Source: an uncultured Lachnospiraceae bacterium | GTDB taxonomy: Bacteria > Bacillota > Clostridia > Lachnospirales > Lachnospiraceae | Direction of reading: 5' to 3' | NCBI GenBank assembly: GCA_934339365.1 | Contig: CAKRHW010000004.1 | Span: forward strand, 36,148 to 100,147 | DNA: 64,000 nt | Part shown: piece by piece, positions 18,367 to 27,770 of the stretch | Layout of the letters: every line of letters starts with the position of its first letter | How positions within the stretch are numbered: the stretch's first letter is position 1 | The notes under the pieces: generated by a model | What the model was told of the DNA's origin: nothing | What the model saw: the letters and a program-made list of their open reading frames with translations, nothing else | The model's database searches: none | Translations under genes and position numbers: made by a program

Positions 18367-19313
18367 GATACTTTAATCCCTTTCTTTTCGTAATAGTCGA
18401 TGGCACCCGGATGAAATGGAATAGTAATTCCACTTGTTGCTGTTTGTTCATCGAGCTGTAAATCAACTGAGGTGCTGTATTTCAATTTTTTTGCATGTTC
18501 AAAAAGCATAGCAGTAATATGGCTGACCGTATCTTTGGATAGCTGGTCAGATGCTAAAAGAATCGATTTTACACCAATTGTCTCGATAGATTCCGTCTGT
18601 CCGGTATAAGTATTGGCAGGAATGGTATACCTGGAATAACAAGGATGTGCCGCCTGTAATTTTTTCAGACAAGTATTGCTGATGTTAAGAAAACGAATCT
18701 CACATTCTTTCGATAATTCTTCAATTACAGTTGTCTGAATTCCGGCAGTACAAAAAAGGGCATCTATTTTTCCGGAAATTAATTCTTTGGCGGCATTCGT
18801 ATAATCAAGTTGAACGGTATGAACCAGCTCAGAAGTCAGGCCACTCATTTCAAGAATCTCTTTCGCATTTCGTTCTGTACCGGATTCCTTTGCACCAATA
18901 CTGATTGTTTTTCCCTGTAAATCATCGAGCAACTGGATAGAAGAATCCTTTCGGACAATGATCTGGCAGGCTTCTGTATACAGACTGGCAATTGCTTTAT
19001 AGCCATCGTATTTTTTTCCGTTAAAGGAATTGCTGCCCTGATAGGCATCTAGAATTAAATCTTCCTGTGCAATACCCAATTCAATGTAATGGTTCGATAA
19101 AAGCCGGAGATTTGCTGCAGAACCGGCGGTATTTTTTACTTCAAATTTGAAATCAGGATTTTCTTGAGATGCAAGTCCACTAAAAGTGTTTGCAAAAGAA
19201 TAGTACATACCGCCAACGTCAGCTGAACCAAAGTGAATGCTCTTAGTATTGCTACACGCTGTCAGAACAAGAAGTGACAGAGAGAGGAGAATAAAAAGTT
19301 TTTTCTTTCTCAT
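18363..19313 (-). CDS. TAXI-family solute-binding lipoprotein (TRAP-type receptor family)
   Basis: Lipobox LLVLTAC. TAXI blocks are GSAANLRLL, YTEACQIIVRKDS, LQGKTISIGAKESGTERNA, GKIDALF and IPFHPGAIDYY. The stop overlaps the gltS ATG (ATGA). Confidence 0.8.
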   Translation of the reverse strand: MRKKKLFILLSLSLLVLTACSNTKSIHFGSADVGGMYYSFANTFSGLASQENPDFKFEVKNTAGSAANLRLLSNHYIELGIAQEDLILDAYQGSNSFNGKKYDGYKAIASLYTEACQIIVRKDSSIQLLDDLQGKTISIGAKESGTERNAKEILEMSGLTSELVHTVQLDYTNAAKELISGKIDALFCTAGIQTTVIEELSKECEIRFLNISNTCLKKLQAAHPCYSRYTIPANTYTGQTESIETIGVKSILLASDQLSKDTVSHITAMLFEHAKKLKYSTSVDLQLDEQTATSGITIPFHPGAIDYYEKKGIKVS

Positions 19314-19583
19314 TTTTAAGTCCTTTCTTCGTAGATAATATATTTGTTTTATGAAGTCTATTTTAACCTAACCAGAGAAAAAAGAAAATAAAAAAGGCAC
19401 AAAAATATGAGAAAGTTTTCATTTATAAAACACTCATGTAGGATGAGAGTTTGTAAGAAGATTATAAATAAGAAATGCTCAGGAAACATACAATGGTAAA
19501 AAAATAAGCATTAGACATGACAGGGGGAGAAGTGTTATGATATAAAATGCAAGAAAAAGGTAGCAGAAAGCGAGGTAAATATT

Positions 19584-20036
19584 ATGGGGAAAACATTAGT
19601 CACATATTTTAGTGCAAGCGGTGTAACTGCGAAGGTAGCAAAAGCATTAGCACAAGAGACAGATGCAGATTTATTTGAAATCAAGCCGGAAGAGGTTTAT
19701 ACATCAGCAGATTTGAACTGGATGGATAAGACAAGTCGAAGTTCTGTAGAGATGAATGACAAAGCATCGCGCCCGAAGATTGCGGAGAAAGTAGAGAATA
19801 TGGATGCTTATGATACTGTTTATGTAGGATTTCCAATCTGGTGGTATGTAGAACCAAGGATTATTGACACATTTTTAGAAAGCTATGATTTTTCAGGAAA
19901 AGACATCATTCCATTTGCAACATCAGGTGGTAGTGGAATTGAAAATGTAGAAAAGAATTTGAAGAAAGAATATCCAGATCTTTCATGGAAAAAAGGAAAG
20001 CTTCTGAATGGAAGTAAAGTAGAAAAGTGGTTATAG
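19584..20036 (+). CDS. Flavodoxin-like protein
   Basis: [16 protein letters not shown]-binding loop, 150 aa. Confidence 0.75.
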   Translation: MGKTLVTYFSASGVTAKVAKALAQETDADLFEIKPEEVYTSADLNWMDKTSRSSVEMNDKASRPKIAEKVENMDAYDTVYVGFPIWWYVEPRIIDTFLESYDFSGKDIIPFATSGGSGIENVEKNLKKEYPDLSWKKGKLLNGSKVEKWL

Positions 20037-20063
20037 ACAAAAAATTAAAAAGGAAAAGCAAAG

Positions 20064-20318
20064 ATGGAGGAATTATACAGGGCAATTGAAGAAAAAATAA
20101 AAGATTCCGGATATCAGAGAGAGATTCATGGAGAAGAGGTATATCAGGATATTTGTGAACAGATTGATGATAAAGAAGAAGGACAGTATGTATTATTGTC
20201 GAAGTTTGAAGAAGATGTCACATTTATGTATCAGATTACAGTGATGGAAGATGATTTTAACCTGGGAGTACTTACGATTCATGCTCCGGAAGGAACGTTT
20301 ACAGTAGACTTTGATTAG
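20064..20318 (+). CDS. Hypothetical acidic protein (84 aa)
   Basis: Has an RBS and is followed by a terminator. No recognised domain. Confidence 0.5.
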   Translation: MEELYRAIEEKIKDSGYQREIHGEEVYQDICEQIDDKEEGQYVLLSKFEEDVTFMYQITVMEDDFNLGVLTIHAPEGTFTVDFD

Positions 20319-20322
20319 CACG

Positions 20323-20373
20323 AAAAAGGCTGTGAAGAAATGAGAAAAATCTTATTTCTTTACAGCCTTTTGT
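20323..20373. terminator. Bidirectional terminator between the 84-aa ORF and mscL
   Basis: 16-bp stem AAGGCTGTGAAGAAAT / ATTTCTTTACAGCCTT with one mismatch, flanked by A- and T-runs. Confidence 0.75.
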
Positions 20374-20387
20374 TGTGTGTCTGGTAA

Positions 20388-20795
20388 TTATTTTTCTTCT
20401 GTAATTAATTCTGAAGTACAGTGTGGGCAACGGGTTGCCTTAATATCGATTTCAGACATACAGAATGGGCAGATCTTTGTGGTAGGTGCTGCAGGTTCTT
20501 CCTTTCTGTGTCCGAGCGAGGTCAGTTTATTAATAGCCTTTAACAGACAGAATAAAATAAACGCCATAATCAGGAAGTTTACTACAGATGAAAGGAAGGA
20601 AGATGCAAAACCGGAGATATCCTGAAGGGAATATCTTGCACCACCTGTCACAAAATTCAAAATTGGTTTGATGAAGTTGTCAGTCAGGGATGTTACAATG
20701 GAAGAAAAAGCACCTCCGATGATAACACCGACTGCCATGTCCATTACATTGCCACGAAGTGCAAATGCCTTGAATTCTTCAATGAATTTTTTCAT
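20388..20795 (-). CDS. mscL: Large-conductance mechanosensitive channel with a C-terminal CxxC...CxxC zinc-ribbon tail
   Basis: The N-terminus FKAFALRGNVMDMAVGVIIGGAF is the MscL signature. The tail is KICPFCMSEIDIKATRCPHCTSEL. Confidence 0.9.
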   Translation of the reverse strand: MKKFIEEFKAFALRGNVMDMAVGVIIGGAFSSIVTSLTDNFIKPILNFVTGGARYSLQDISGFASSFLSSVVNFLIMAFILFCLLKAINKLTSLGHRKEEPAAPTTKICPFCMSEIDIKATRCPHCTSELITEEK

Positions 20796-20952
20796 TTGTT
20801 TATCCTCCTATGTGAATAAATTTTCTATAAATCTATTATAGCAAGTATTCGACAAAAAACAAATCTTTTTTGTCGATATCCTAGATACAACAGAAATAAA
20901 TTTAAAAGCAGACAATACAATGGATACAAGTTTTTGCTAATAATTCTGGCTT

Positions 20953-20996
20953 AGCAGCATATGGAAATTTTTCCATATGCTGTCGTGTTTTTTTTC
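20953..20996 (+). terminator. Terminator-like hairpin plus U-run in the region upstream of the GH5 gene
   Basis: CAGCATATGGAAA TT TTTCCATATGCTG followed by TCGTGTTTTTTTT. Confidence 0.5.
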
Positions 20997-21088
20997 GGGA
21001 ACAGTTGCGTTTTTCAGGTGGATTTGTTAACATAAGAAGAGAGTAGGGCTTGTCGCTTTTTCTTAAAAAAATGAAGGAGGTTTTGCAA

Positions 21089-24000
21089 ATGCAAAAGAAG
21101 GGAAGAGTGCTATCGCTTTTTTTAGCCGTTACAATGGTAGTTTCGTCACTATTTGTATATGGTGAAAAAACGAAAGCAGAAACAAAAGCAGAAACGATTA
21201 CAAGTTTTGATGTTTCAGCACAGGAACTTGTAGATCACATGGGAGTCGGCTGGAATCTTGGTAATTCACTAGATTCCGCCTTAGGAGCAGATAAGGATGA
21301 AACCAATTGGGGCAATCCACAGATTACGAAAAAGATGATTGATGATATTAAAGCAGCAGGCTTTAAGACCATCCGTATACCAACTACCTGGACATATAAA
21401 TTAGGTCCGGCACCTGAATACAAGGTGGATGAGACATGGATGAATCGTGTCGAAGAAGTAGTAAAGTATGCAATCGAAGATGATATGTATGTTATTTTAA
21501 ATACACATCATGAGAACGCAAATCTGATTCCGGATAATGACCACAAAGAAGAAGGAAAGAAGATTATTACAAAACTTTGGACACAGATTGCAGAAAGATT
21601 TGAAAAATACAATGGTAATCTGATTTTTGAAGTATTAAACGAGCCACGTGTAGAAGGTGGCGAGAATGAATGGATGGGTGCAACAGAAGAAGTAAGAAAT
21701 GTTGTAAGCGAATATGACTTAACAGCAGTTGCAGCAATCCGCGCAACAGGTGGCAATAATGCAGTCAGAAAGTTAATGATTCCAGGTGTTGCAGCATCTT
21801 CATTGGATGTTACATTAAATAGTATTAAACTTCCGGAAAATGATAACAATATTATTATTTCTGTGCATGCATATTCACCATATGATTTTGCAATGCAGTA
21901 TCCGGGTGTATCGAACTGGAGCTCTTCAAGAGAATGGGAATTAAGTTCTATGTTTGAGAAACTGCATAATCAGTTTATCGCCAAAGGCGTTCCGGTTATT
22001 ATTGGAGAATTTGGTACCATTAATAAAAATAATATCAACGACCGTATTGAACAGGCAAAATATTATGTATCAGAGGCAAGAAAGAACGGAATTACCTGTG
22101 TTGTGTGGGATAACAATGCAACAACAGAAGGAGAAGAGTCTTTCGGATTATACAATCGTGCAGATGGAAGCTGGTACTATCCTGATTTAGTAAAGGCGAT
22201 GATAGAATCAGAAGCAAAACAGGCAGCCATTTCTGTACCAGAGACAACGACACAGGAAGCAACAACAACGGTACAGGCAACAACAGAAACGACAACAAAG
22301 GCAGAACAGCAAAATACAACAAAAGAAAATGCAGTAACTACAACGAAGAGTTCAGATAATTCTAATACAGGATCATCTAATACCAATAATGATGACTGGT
22401 TACATATTGACGGTTCCGACATCAAGGATAAAAACGGAAATGTCGTCCGTCTGACAGGAGCAAACTGGTTTGGATTCAACTGTGGAGAGCGTGTCCTTCA
22501 TGGATTATGGTCTGCAGATATTGATGTATTATTAAGCCAGTGTGCAGACAGAGGTATTAATATTTTACGTATTCCAATTTCAACAGAATTATTATTAGAG
22601 TGGAAAGACGGAAAGGCAGACAAGGCAGGAAACTTTTCAAACAGTTCGGACTGGACATTCAATCCGGAACTTGTAAATGCTGATGGTACACCAATGAATA
22701 CTTTACAGGTTATGGATAAGTTAATGGTACTTTGTAAGAGACATGGTATCAAAGTATTAATTGACTGTCACAGTGCCAAGGCAGATAATTCAGGACATGT
22801 ATATCCAATGTGGTATAACACAGAAGCAGGAATTACAACACAGGACTGGATTGATGGATGGAAGTTCATTGTAGACCGTTATAAGAATGATGATACATTT
22901 ATCGCAGCAGACTTAGAGAATGAACCTCATGGTAAGCGTGATGAGACTGAATATGCAAAATGGGATGATTCCACAGATGTAAATAACTGGAAATATGCAG
23001 CCCAGAAGTGTTCAGAAGAAATTTTAAAGATTAATCCAAATATGTTAATTTTGGTTGAAGGTATCGAACAGAATCCGATAGAAGGAACATCATGGTCCGA
23101 TCCTGCACAGAAAACCAATGAAGGATACATTAACTATGAAGGTGCATGGTGGGGTGGTAACCTGCGTCTGGTAGGTTCCGATCCAATTAGTTTTGCAGAC
23201 CATCCGGAATGGAATCAGCAGATTATGTATTCACCACATGATTATGGTCCAAGTGTATACAACCAGGCATGGTTTGATAAGGATTTTACAGAAGAAACAT
23301 TATTAGATGATTACTGGTACAGAGCATGGGCTTACTTAGTTGAGGAACATAAGTCTCCACTTCTCATGGGAGAATGGGGTGGTCATATGGACGGCGGTAA
23401 GAATGAAAAATGGTTAAACTTACTTGCCGGATATATGAATAAGAAAAATATCAGTCACACATTCTGGTGCCTGAATCCAAACTCAGGAGATACTGGTGGA
23501 TTATTAGATTCATCATTTATAAACTGGGATGAAGATAAGTATGGTCTTCTTAAGAAAACATTATGGCAGACAAATGATGGAAAATTCATTGGCCTTGATC
23601 ATGCAAAGGCATTAGGTAAGAATGGTATTAGTGTATCTACTTATTATAACGAGACACCAACACCAACAGAACCTGATACAACGGCAGAGGCAACAACAAA
23701 AGAACCGACGACAACAGTAGAGGCAACAACAAAAGAGCCGACAACAACAGTAGAAGCAACAACAAGAGATGAGGCAACAACAGTAGAAGTAACAACAAAT
23801 GATGAGACAACAACAGTAGAATCGACAACAAATGACGAGACAACAACAGTAGAACCGACAACAAATAACGAGACAACAACAGTAGAACCGACAACAAATA
23901 ACGAGACAACAACAGTAGAATCGACAACAAATGATGAGACAACAACAGTAGAACCGACAACAAATGATGAGACAACAACAGTAGAAGCAACAACAAATGA

Positions 24001-25552
24001 CGAGGCAACGACAGTAGAAGCAACAACAAATGACGAGACAACAACAGTAGAAGTAACAACAAAGAATGAAGCAACATCAGAAAATCCGGCAACAACGGAA
24101 AGTACAGTAGAAACAACAACTTCTACCATACAGCAGCCAACGACAGATGGAACAGGCGAAGATTCTGTAGAAAATGTCTGGATTGTAGATGAAAAGGGAG
24201 ACGAAGCTCGTGCAATTTCTATGTTACTAGGAGGAATTGCAAAATTTTCTTATCAGGTGGCTCCATCAAATGCGACGGTAGATACAGTGGAATGGCATTC
24301 AAGTAATTCAGATGTTGTATTTGTAGCTCAGGGAGTTGTATATGCAAGAAAAGCCGGAAAGGCAGAGATTACGGTCACAGTCAATGGAAAAGTTTCGAAA
24401 GTATTGACTGTAACGGTTACAGAGGTAACTGAACCGGTTACAAAGCCAACGCAGCCAGTAACAGAGGAAACAACACAGCCAGAGCAGCCGGTTACATCTT
24501 CGAACCAGCCAACAGAAGAGCCAACGCAGCCAGTAACAGAGGAAACAACAAAAGCAGAGTGGCCAACACAGCCGGTAACAGAAGTAACAACAAAGACAGA
24601 GTGGCCAACACAGCCGGCAACAGAGACAACAACAAAAGCAGATCAGCCAACACAGCCGGCAACAGAGACAACAACAAAAGCAGATCAGCCAACACAGCCG
24701 GCAACAGAGACAACAACAAAGACAGAAGAGCCAACACAGCCGGCAACAGAGACAACAACAAAGTCTGAAGAGCCAACACAGCCGGCAACAGAGACAACAA
24801 CAAAGACAGAAGAGCCAACACAGCCGGCAACAGAGACAACAACAAAGTCTGAAGAGCCAACACAGCCGGCAACAGAGACAACAACAAAGACAGAAGAACC
24901 AACACAGCCGGTAACAGAAGTAACAACAAAGGCAGATCAGCCAACACAGCCTACAACAGAGACAACAACAAAAGCAGATCAGCCAACACAGCCAGCAACA
25001 GAAGCAACAACGAAGGCAGTAGTAGCAACCGGTATCAGAGTGAACAGAACAACAGCAAATGTAATTGTTGGAAAAACAAAGAAGGTAACAATTACACTTA
25101 CTCCTTCTAATGTAACAGATACAAAGGTTACATTTATTAGTGCAAATACAAAGATTGCAACAGTAGATGCCAATGGTTACATTAAGGGTAAAAGACCGGG
25201 TAAGACAAGTGTTACGGCAATCACTTCAAATGGAAAGAGTGTCAAAGTCAAAGTAACGGTTCGTCCGGCTGTTATGAAGAAACCGAAGGTTAAGAGTATT
25301 CAGTCAACAAGTGTTAAACTTACCTGGAAGAAACAGAAGAATGTTACAGGTTACATGATTTATACAAATGTAGGAAACTCTAAGAAATATAAGTTCTATG
25401 CGGCAACGAAGAAGACTACAATGGTTATAAAGAATCTTAAGAAAAATACTTCGTATCGCTTTAAGGTAAGAGCATATAAGATTGCTTCAGGTTCTAAGAT
25501 TACAGGGGCATGCTCAGATGCAGCAAAGGCAAAAACAAAAAATGGAAGATAG
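21089..25552 (+). CDS. Secreted multidomain glycoside hydrolase: GH5 + GH5, Thr-rich linkers, two Big_2-like domains and a C-terminal Lys-rich FN3-like domain
   Basis: GAAGGAGG precedes the ATG at 21089, and a signal peptide follows. GH5 module 1 has GWNLGNSLD, FEVLNEPR (acid/base) and IIGEFG (nucleophile). GH5 module 2 has LTGANWFGFN, DLENEPHG and LMGEWGG. The Big_2-like segments contain SNATVDTVEWHSSNSDV and SNVTDTKVTFISANTKIATVDANG. Confidence 0.85.
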   Translation: MQKKGRVLSLFLAVTMVVSSLFVYGEKTKAETKAETITSFDVSAQELVDHMGVGWNLGNSLDSALGADKDETNWGNPQITKKMIDDIKAAGFKTIRIPTTWTYKLGPAPEYKVDETWMNRVEEVVKYAIEDDMYVILNTHHENANLIPDNDHKEEGKKIITKLWTQIAERFEKYNGNLIFEVLNEPRVEGGENEWMGATEEVRNVVSEYDLTAVAAIRATGGNNAVRKLMIPGVAASSLDVTLNSIKLPENDNNIIISVHAYSPYDFAMQYPGVSNWSSSREWELSSMFEKLHNQFIAKGVPVIIGEFGTINKNNINDRIEQAKYYVSEARKNGITCVVWDNNATTEGEESFGLYNRADGSWYYPDLVKAMIESEAKQAAISVPETTTQEATTTVQATTETTTKAEQQNTTKENAVTTTKSSDNSNTGSSNTNNDDWLHIDGSDIKDKNGNVVRLTGANWFGFNCGERVLHGLWSADIDVLLSQCADRGINILRIPISTELLLEWKDGKADKAGNFSNSSDWTFNPELVNADGTPMNTLQVMDKLMVLCKRHGIKVLIDCHSAKADNSGHVYPMWYNTEAGITTQDWIDGWKFIVDRYKNDDTFIAADLENEPHGKRDETEYAKWDDSTDVNNWKYAAQKCSEEILKINPNMLILVEGIEQNPIEGTSWSDPAQKTNEGYINYEGAWWGGNLRLVGSDPISFADHPEWNQQIMYSPHDYGPSVYNQAWFDKDFTEETLLDDYWYRAWAYLVEEHKSPLLMGEWGGHMDGGKNEKWLNLLAGYMNKKNISHTFWCLNPNSGDTGGLLDSSFINWDEDKYGLLKKTLWQTNDGKFIGLDHAKALGKNGISVSTYYNETPTPTEPDTTAEATTKEPTTTVEATTKEPTTTVEATTRDEATTVEVTTNDETTTVESTTNDETTTVEPTTNNETTTVEPTTNNETTTVESTTNDETTTVEPTTNDETTTVEATTNDEATTVEATTNDETTTVEVTTKNEATSENPATTESTVETTTSTIQQPTTDGTGEDSVENVWIVDEKGDEARAISMLLGGIAKFSYQVAPSNATVDTVEWHSSNSDVVFVAQGVVYARKAGKAEITVTVNGKVSKVLTVTVTEVTEPVTKPTQPVTEETTQPEQPVTSSNQPTEEPTQPVTEETTKAEWPTQPVTEVTTKTEWPTQPATETTTKADQPTQPATETTTKADQPTQPATETTTKTEEPTQPATETTTKSEEPTQPATETTTKTEEPTQPATETTTKSEEPTQPATETTTKTEEPTQPVTEVTTKADQPTQPTTETTTKADQPTQPATEATTKAVVATGIRVNRTTANVIVGKTKKVTITLTPSNVTDTKVTFISANTKIATVDANGYIKGKRPGKTSVTAITSNGKSVKVKVTVRPAVMKKPKVKSIQSTSVKLTWKKQKNVTGYMIYTNVGNSKKYKFYAATKKTTMVIKNLKKNTSYRFKVRAYKIASGSKITGACSDAAKAKTKNGR
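23687..24082 (+). repeat. 12 tandem copies of a 33-nt / 11-aa unit (E[ APSV]TT[KN][DEN]E[TP]TTV) forming linker 1 of the glycanase
   Basis: Read directly: EATTKEPTTTV ... EPTTNNETTTV ... EVTTKNEATSE. The copies are nearly identical at the DNA level. Confidence 0.9.
24518..25021 (+). repeat. About 12 tandem copies of a 42-nt / 14-aa unit (xPTQPATETTTK[AST][DE]) forming linker 2 of the glycanase
   Basis: Read directly: QPTQPATETTTKAD / EPTQPATETTTKTE / EPTQPATETTTKSE, alternating. Confidence 0.9.
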
Positions 25553-25609
25553 TTTTTAAGAGAAAGCTATTGTGAAAAAAATAATCTCGTGGTACAATAA
25601 CTGCAAAGA

Positions 25610-25858
25610 TATTGAAAAGGCGATGACGGAAAGAGTAGTGTGAGGACACCATGCAGAGAGAGCAACATTTGGTGGAAGTTGCTTATGGGAGAATTACATG
25701 AAGACCATTCTTGAGCTGTACGTAGAAGAAGGAAGATTCGGTTTGGAATTCGAAGCGTTACCGTGTAGCTGCGTTATAAGCAAAGAGTGAAATTTAAGGT
25801 GGAACCGTGTGTAAGCACCCTTAAGTATGTTTTTGATATACTTAGGGGTGCTTTTTTC
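25610..25858 (+). promoter_or_regulatory. T-box leader (Thr specifier ACC) with a terminator, controlling thrS
   Basis: Stem I K-turn GCGATGACGGAAAGAGTAG, AG-bulge CAGAGAGAG and distal GGTGGAA. The specifier GAAG-ACC-A is at 25704-25706. The T-box sequence AATTTAAGGTGGAACCGTG is at about 25791-25809. The terminator is AAGCACCCTTAAGTAT...ATACTTAGGGGTGCTTTTTT. Confidence 0.85.
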
Positions 25859-25956
25859 AATATGGAAGGTTGGAACAAAAGTTCTGTTCCTGATGAATGC
25901 CTGAGTAGTTTAGACATCATGGAAAATAGATTGTAAGAGATAAGGAGAAGATCAAG

Positions 25957-27714
25957 ATGGTTAATTTTAAAGAAGATGAACAATTGAACACACTAAATCA
26001 TTCCTGTGCACATCTTATGGCGCAGGCAATTAAGCATTTATATCCACAGGCGAAATTCTGGGTTGGACCAGTAGTAGAAGAAGGATTTTATTATGATGTG
26101 GATCTTGGTGATGATGTCATCAGAGATGAAGACATCCCGGTAATTGAGAAGGAAATGAAAAAGGTTGCGAAGTCTGGCAAGAAGATTATTCGTAAAGAGA
26201 TTTCTAAGGAAGAAGCTCTTGAGATGTTCAAGGATGATGAATATAAATTAGATTTGATTTCACATCTTGAAGATGGAAACATTACCTGTTATGTGCAGGG
26301 AGATTTTACAGATCTTTGTAGAGGACCTCATGTGGATAATGTAAAGTTATGTCGTAATTTTAAATTAATCAGACATTCCGGTGCATACTGGAAGGGAGAC
26401 AGCAAGAACAAAGTGCTTCAGAGAATCTATGGTGTCTGCTTCCCTACAAAAGAAGAGTTAGAGGAACATTTACAGTTATTAGAAGAGGCAAAGGAAAGAG
26501 ACCACAGAAAGATTGGAAAAGATATGAATCTTTTTATGGTAGATGATCTTGTTGGTCGTGGTTTACCAATGTTTTTACCAAAGGGATACATTGTTTGGCA
26601 GGAATTAGAGAATTATATTCGAAATAAAGAAAGAAAACTGGGTTATCAGCATGTTATGACACCATGTGTTGGTACAGTGAATCTTTATAAGACATCCGGA
26701 CACTGGGATCATTATAAAGAAAACATGTTCCCGGCTATGGAAGTAGAGGGCGAATCATTTGTATTAAGACCAATGAACTGCCCACACCATATGATGATTT
26801 ATGCAAATAGAATTCATTCTTACAAGGATCTTCCAATTCGAATCGGTGAGATTGCCCATGATTTCAGATATGAAGCAAGTGGAACATTAAAGGGAATTGA
26901 GAGAGGAAGACATTTCTGTCAGAATGATGCCCATTTATTTGTAACACCGGAACAGATTAAGGATGAATTTTCAAGAGTTGTTGATTTGATTTTCAGCACA
27001 TATAAAGATTTTGGAATTACAGATTACCGATGTGTATTATCTTTAAGAGATCCGGAAGATAAAGAAAAATATCATGATGATGATGAAATGTGGAATAAGG
27101 CAGAAAATGCTCTTAGAGAAGTTATGAACAGTTTAGGAATTGAATACACAGAAGAAATTGGTGAGGCAGCATTTTATGGTCCGAAGTTAGACGTAAATGT
27201 AAAACCGGCAGTGGGTAATGAGATTACATTATCAACTTGTCAGTTAGATTTCTGTCTGCCTGCAAAATTCAATCTGTCTTATATCGATCGTGATGGAGAA
27301 AAGAAAACACCAGTGGTATTGCATCGTGCAATTCTTGGTTCATTGGATCGTTTTATGGCATATATTCTTGAAGAGACAAAGGGAAATCTTCCTGTATGGC
27401 TTGCACCGGTTCAGGTTCGTGTTATGCCGGTTAAGACAGATAATGAAGAACTTAATGCATATGCAAAGGAAGTTTGCGCAGCATTAGATGAGAAGAATGT
27501 CAGAGTAGAATTAGACGACAGAGCAGAAAAGCTTGGATATCGTATGCGTGAAGGTCAGATTCAGAAAGTTCCTTACTTGTTAGTAATTGGATTTAATGAG
27601 AAGGAAAACAGAACTGTTTCATTCCGTTTACATGGAGAACAGGATACTACTGTTCTTTCACTTGATGAATTTGTAGAAAAGATTGATAATGAGATTAAAA
27701 ATAAAGTAAGATAA
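25957..27714 (+). CDS. thrS: Threonine--tRNA ligase, short form lacking the N-terminal TGS domain
   Basis: Starts about 12 aa before the editing-domain HxxxH (LNHSCAHLMAQA). Class II motifs are FVLRPMNCPHH, HDFRYEASG and GRHFCQNDAHLF. The anticodon-binding domain is at the C-terminus. Confidence 0.9.
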   Translation: MVNFKEDEQLNTLNHSCAHLMAQAIKHLYPQAKFWVGPVVEEGFYYDVDLGDDVIRDEDIPVIEKEMKKVAKSGKKIIRKEISKEEALEMFKDDEYKLDLISHLEDGNITCYVQGDFTDLCRGPHVDNVKLCRNFKLIRHSGAYWKGDSKNKVLQRIYGVCFPTKEELEEHLQLLEEAKERDHRKIGKDMNLFMVDDLVGRGLPMFLPKGYIVWQELENYIRNKERKLGYQHVMTPCVGTVNLYKTSGHWDHYKENMFPAMEVEGESFVLRPMNCPHHMMIYANRIHSYKDLPIRIGEIAHDFRYEASGTLKGIERGRHFCQNDAHLFVTPEQIKDEFSRVVDLIFSTYKDFGITDYRCVLSLRDPEDKEKYHDDDEMWNKAENALREVMNSLGIEYTEEIGEAAFYGPKLDVNVKPAVGNEITLSTCQLDFCLPAKFNLSYIDRDGEKKTPVVLHRAILGSLDRFMAYILEETKGNLPVWLAPVQVRVMPVKTDNEELNAYAKEVCAALDEKNVRVELDDRAEKLGYRMREGQIQKVPYLLVIGFNEKENRTVSFRLHGEQDTTVLSLDEFVEKIDNEIKNKVR

Positions 27715-27736
27715 TAAAAAGCAGAATGCGAAAGGA

Positions 27737-27770
27737 CATCGCGCTAACTTAGTTAGTGCGATGCTCTTTG
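27737..27770 (+). terminator. thrS terminator hairpin
   Basis: CATCGCGCTAAC TTA GTTAGTGCGATG (one G-U pair) followed by CTCTTTGTATT. Confidence 0.6.

Noticed and set aside
20377-20625. 82-aa plus-strand ORF
   Set aside because: It is entirely antisense to the well-supported mscL gene.
23637-24129. Two long minus-strand ORFs (160-161 aa, Leu/Val/Ser-rich) and similar ones at 24492-24947 and 24979-25173
   Set aside because: They are antisense to the Thr-rich tandem repeats of the GH5 gene. Their low-complexity translations are a by-product of the repeat periodicity, so they are not genes.
23687-25021. Regular short repeats that might be mistaken for a CRISPR array
   Set aside because: The units are contiguous, with no unique spacers. 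They are in frame within a long CDS and encode linker peptides. No cas genes are present in the window.
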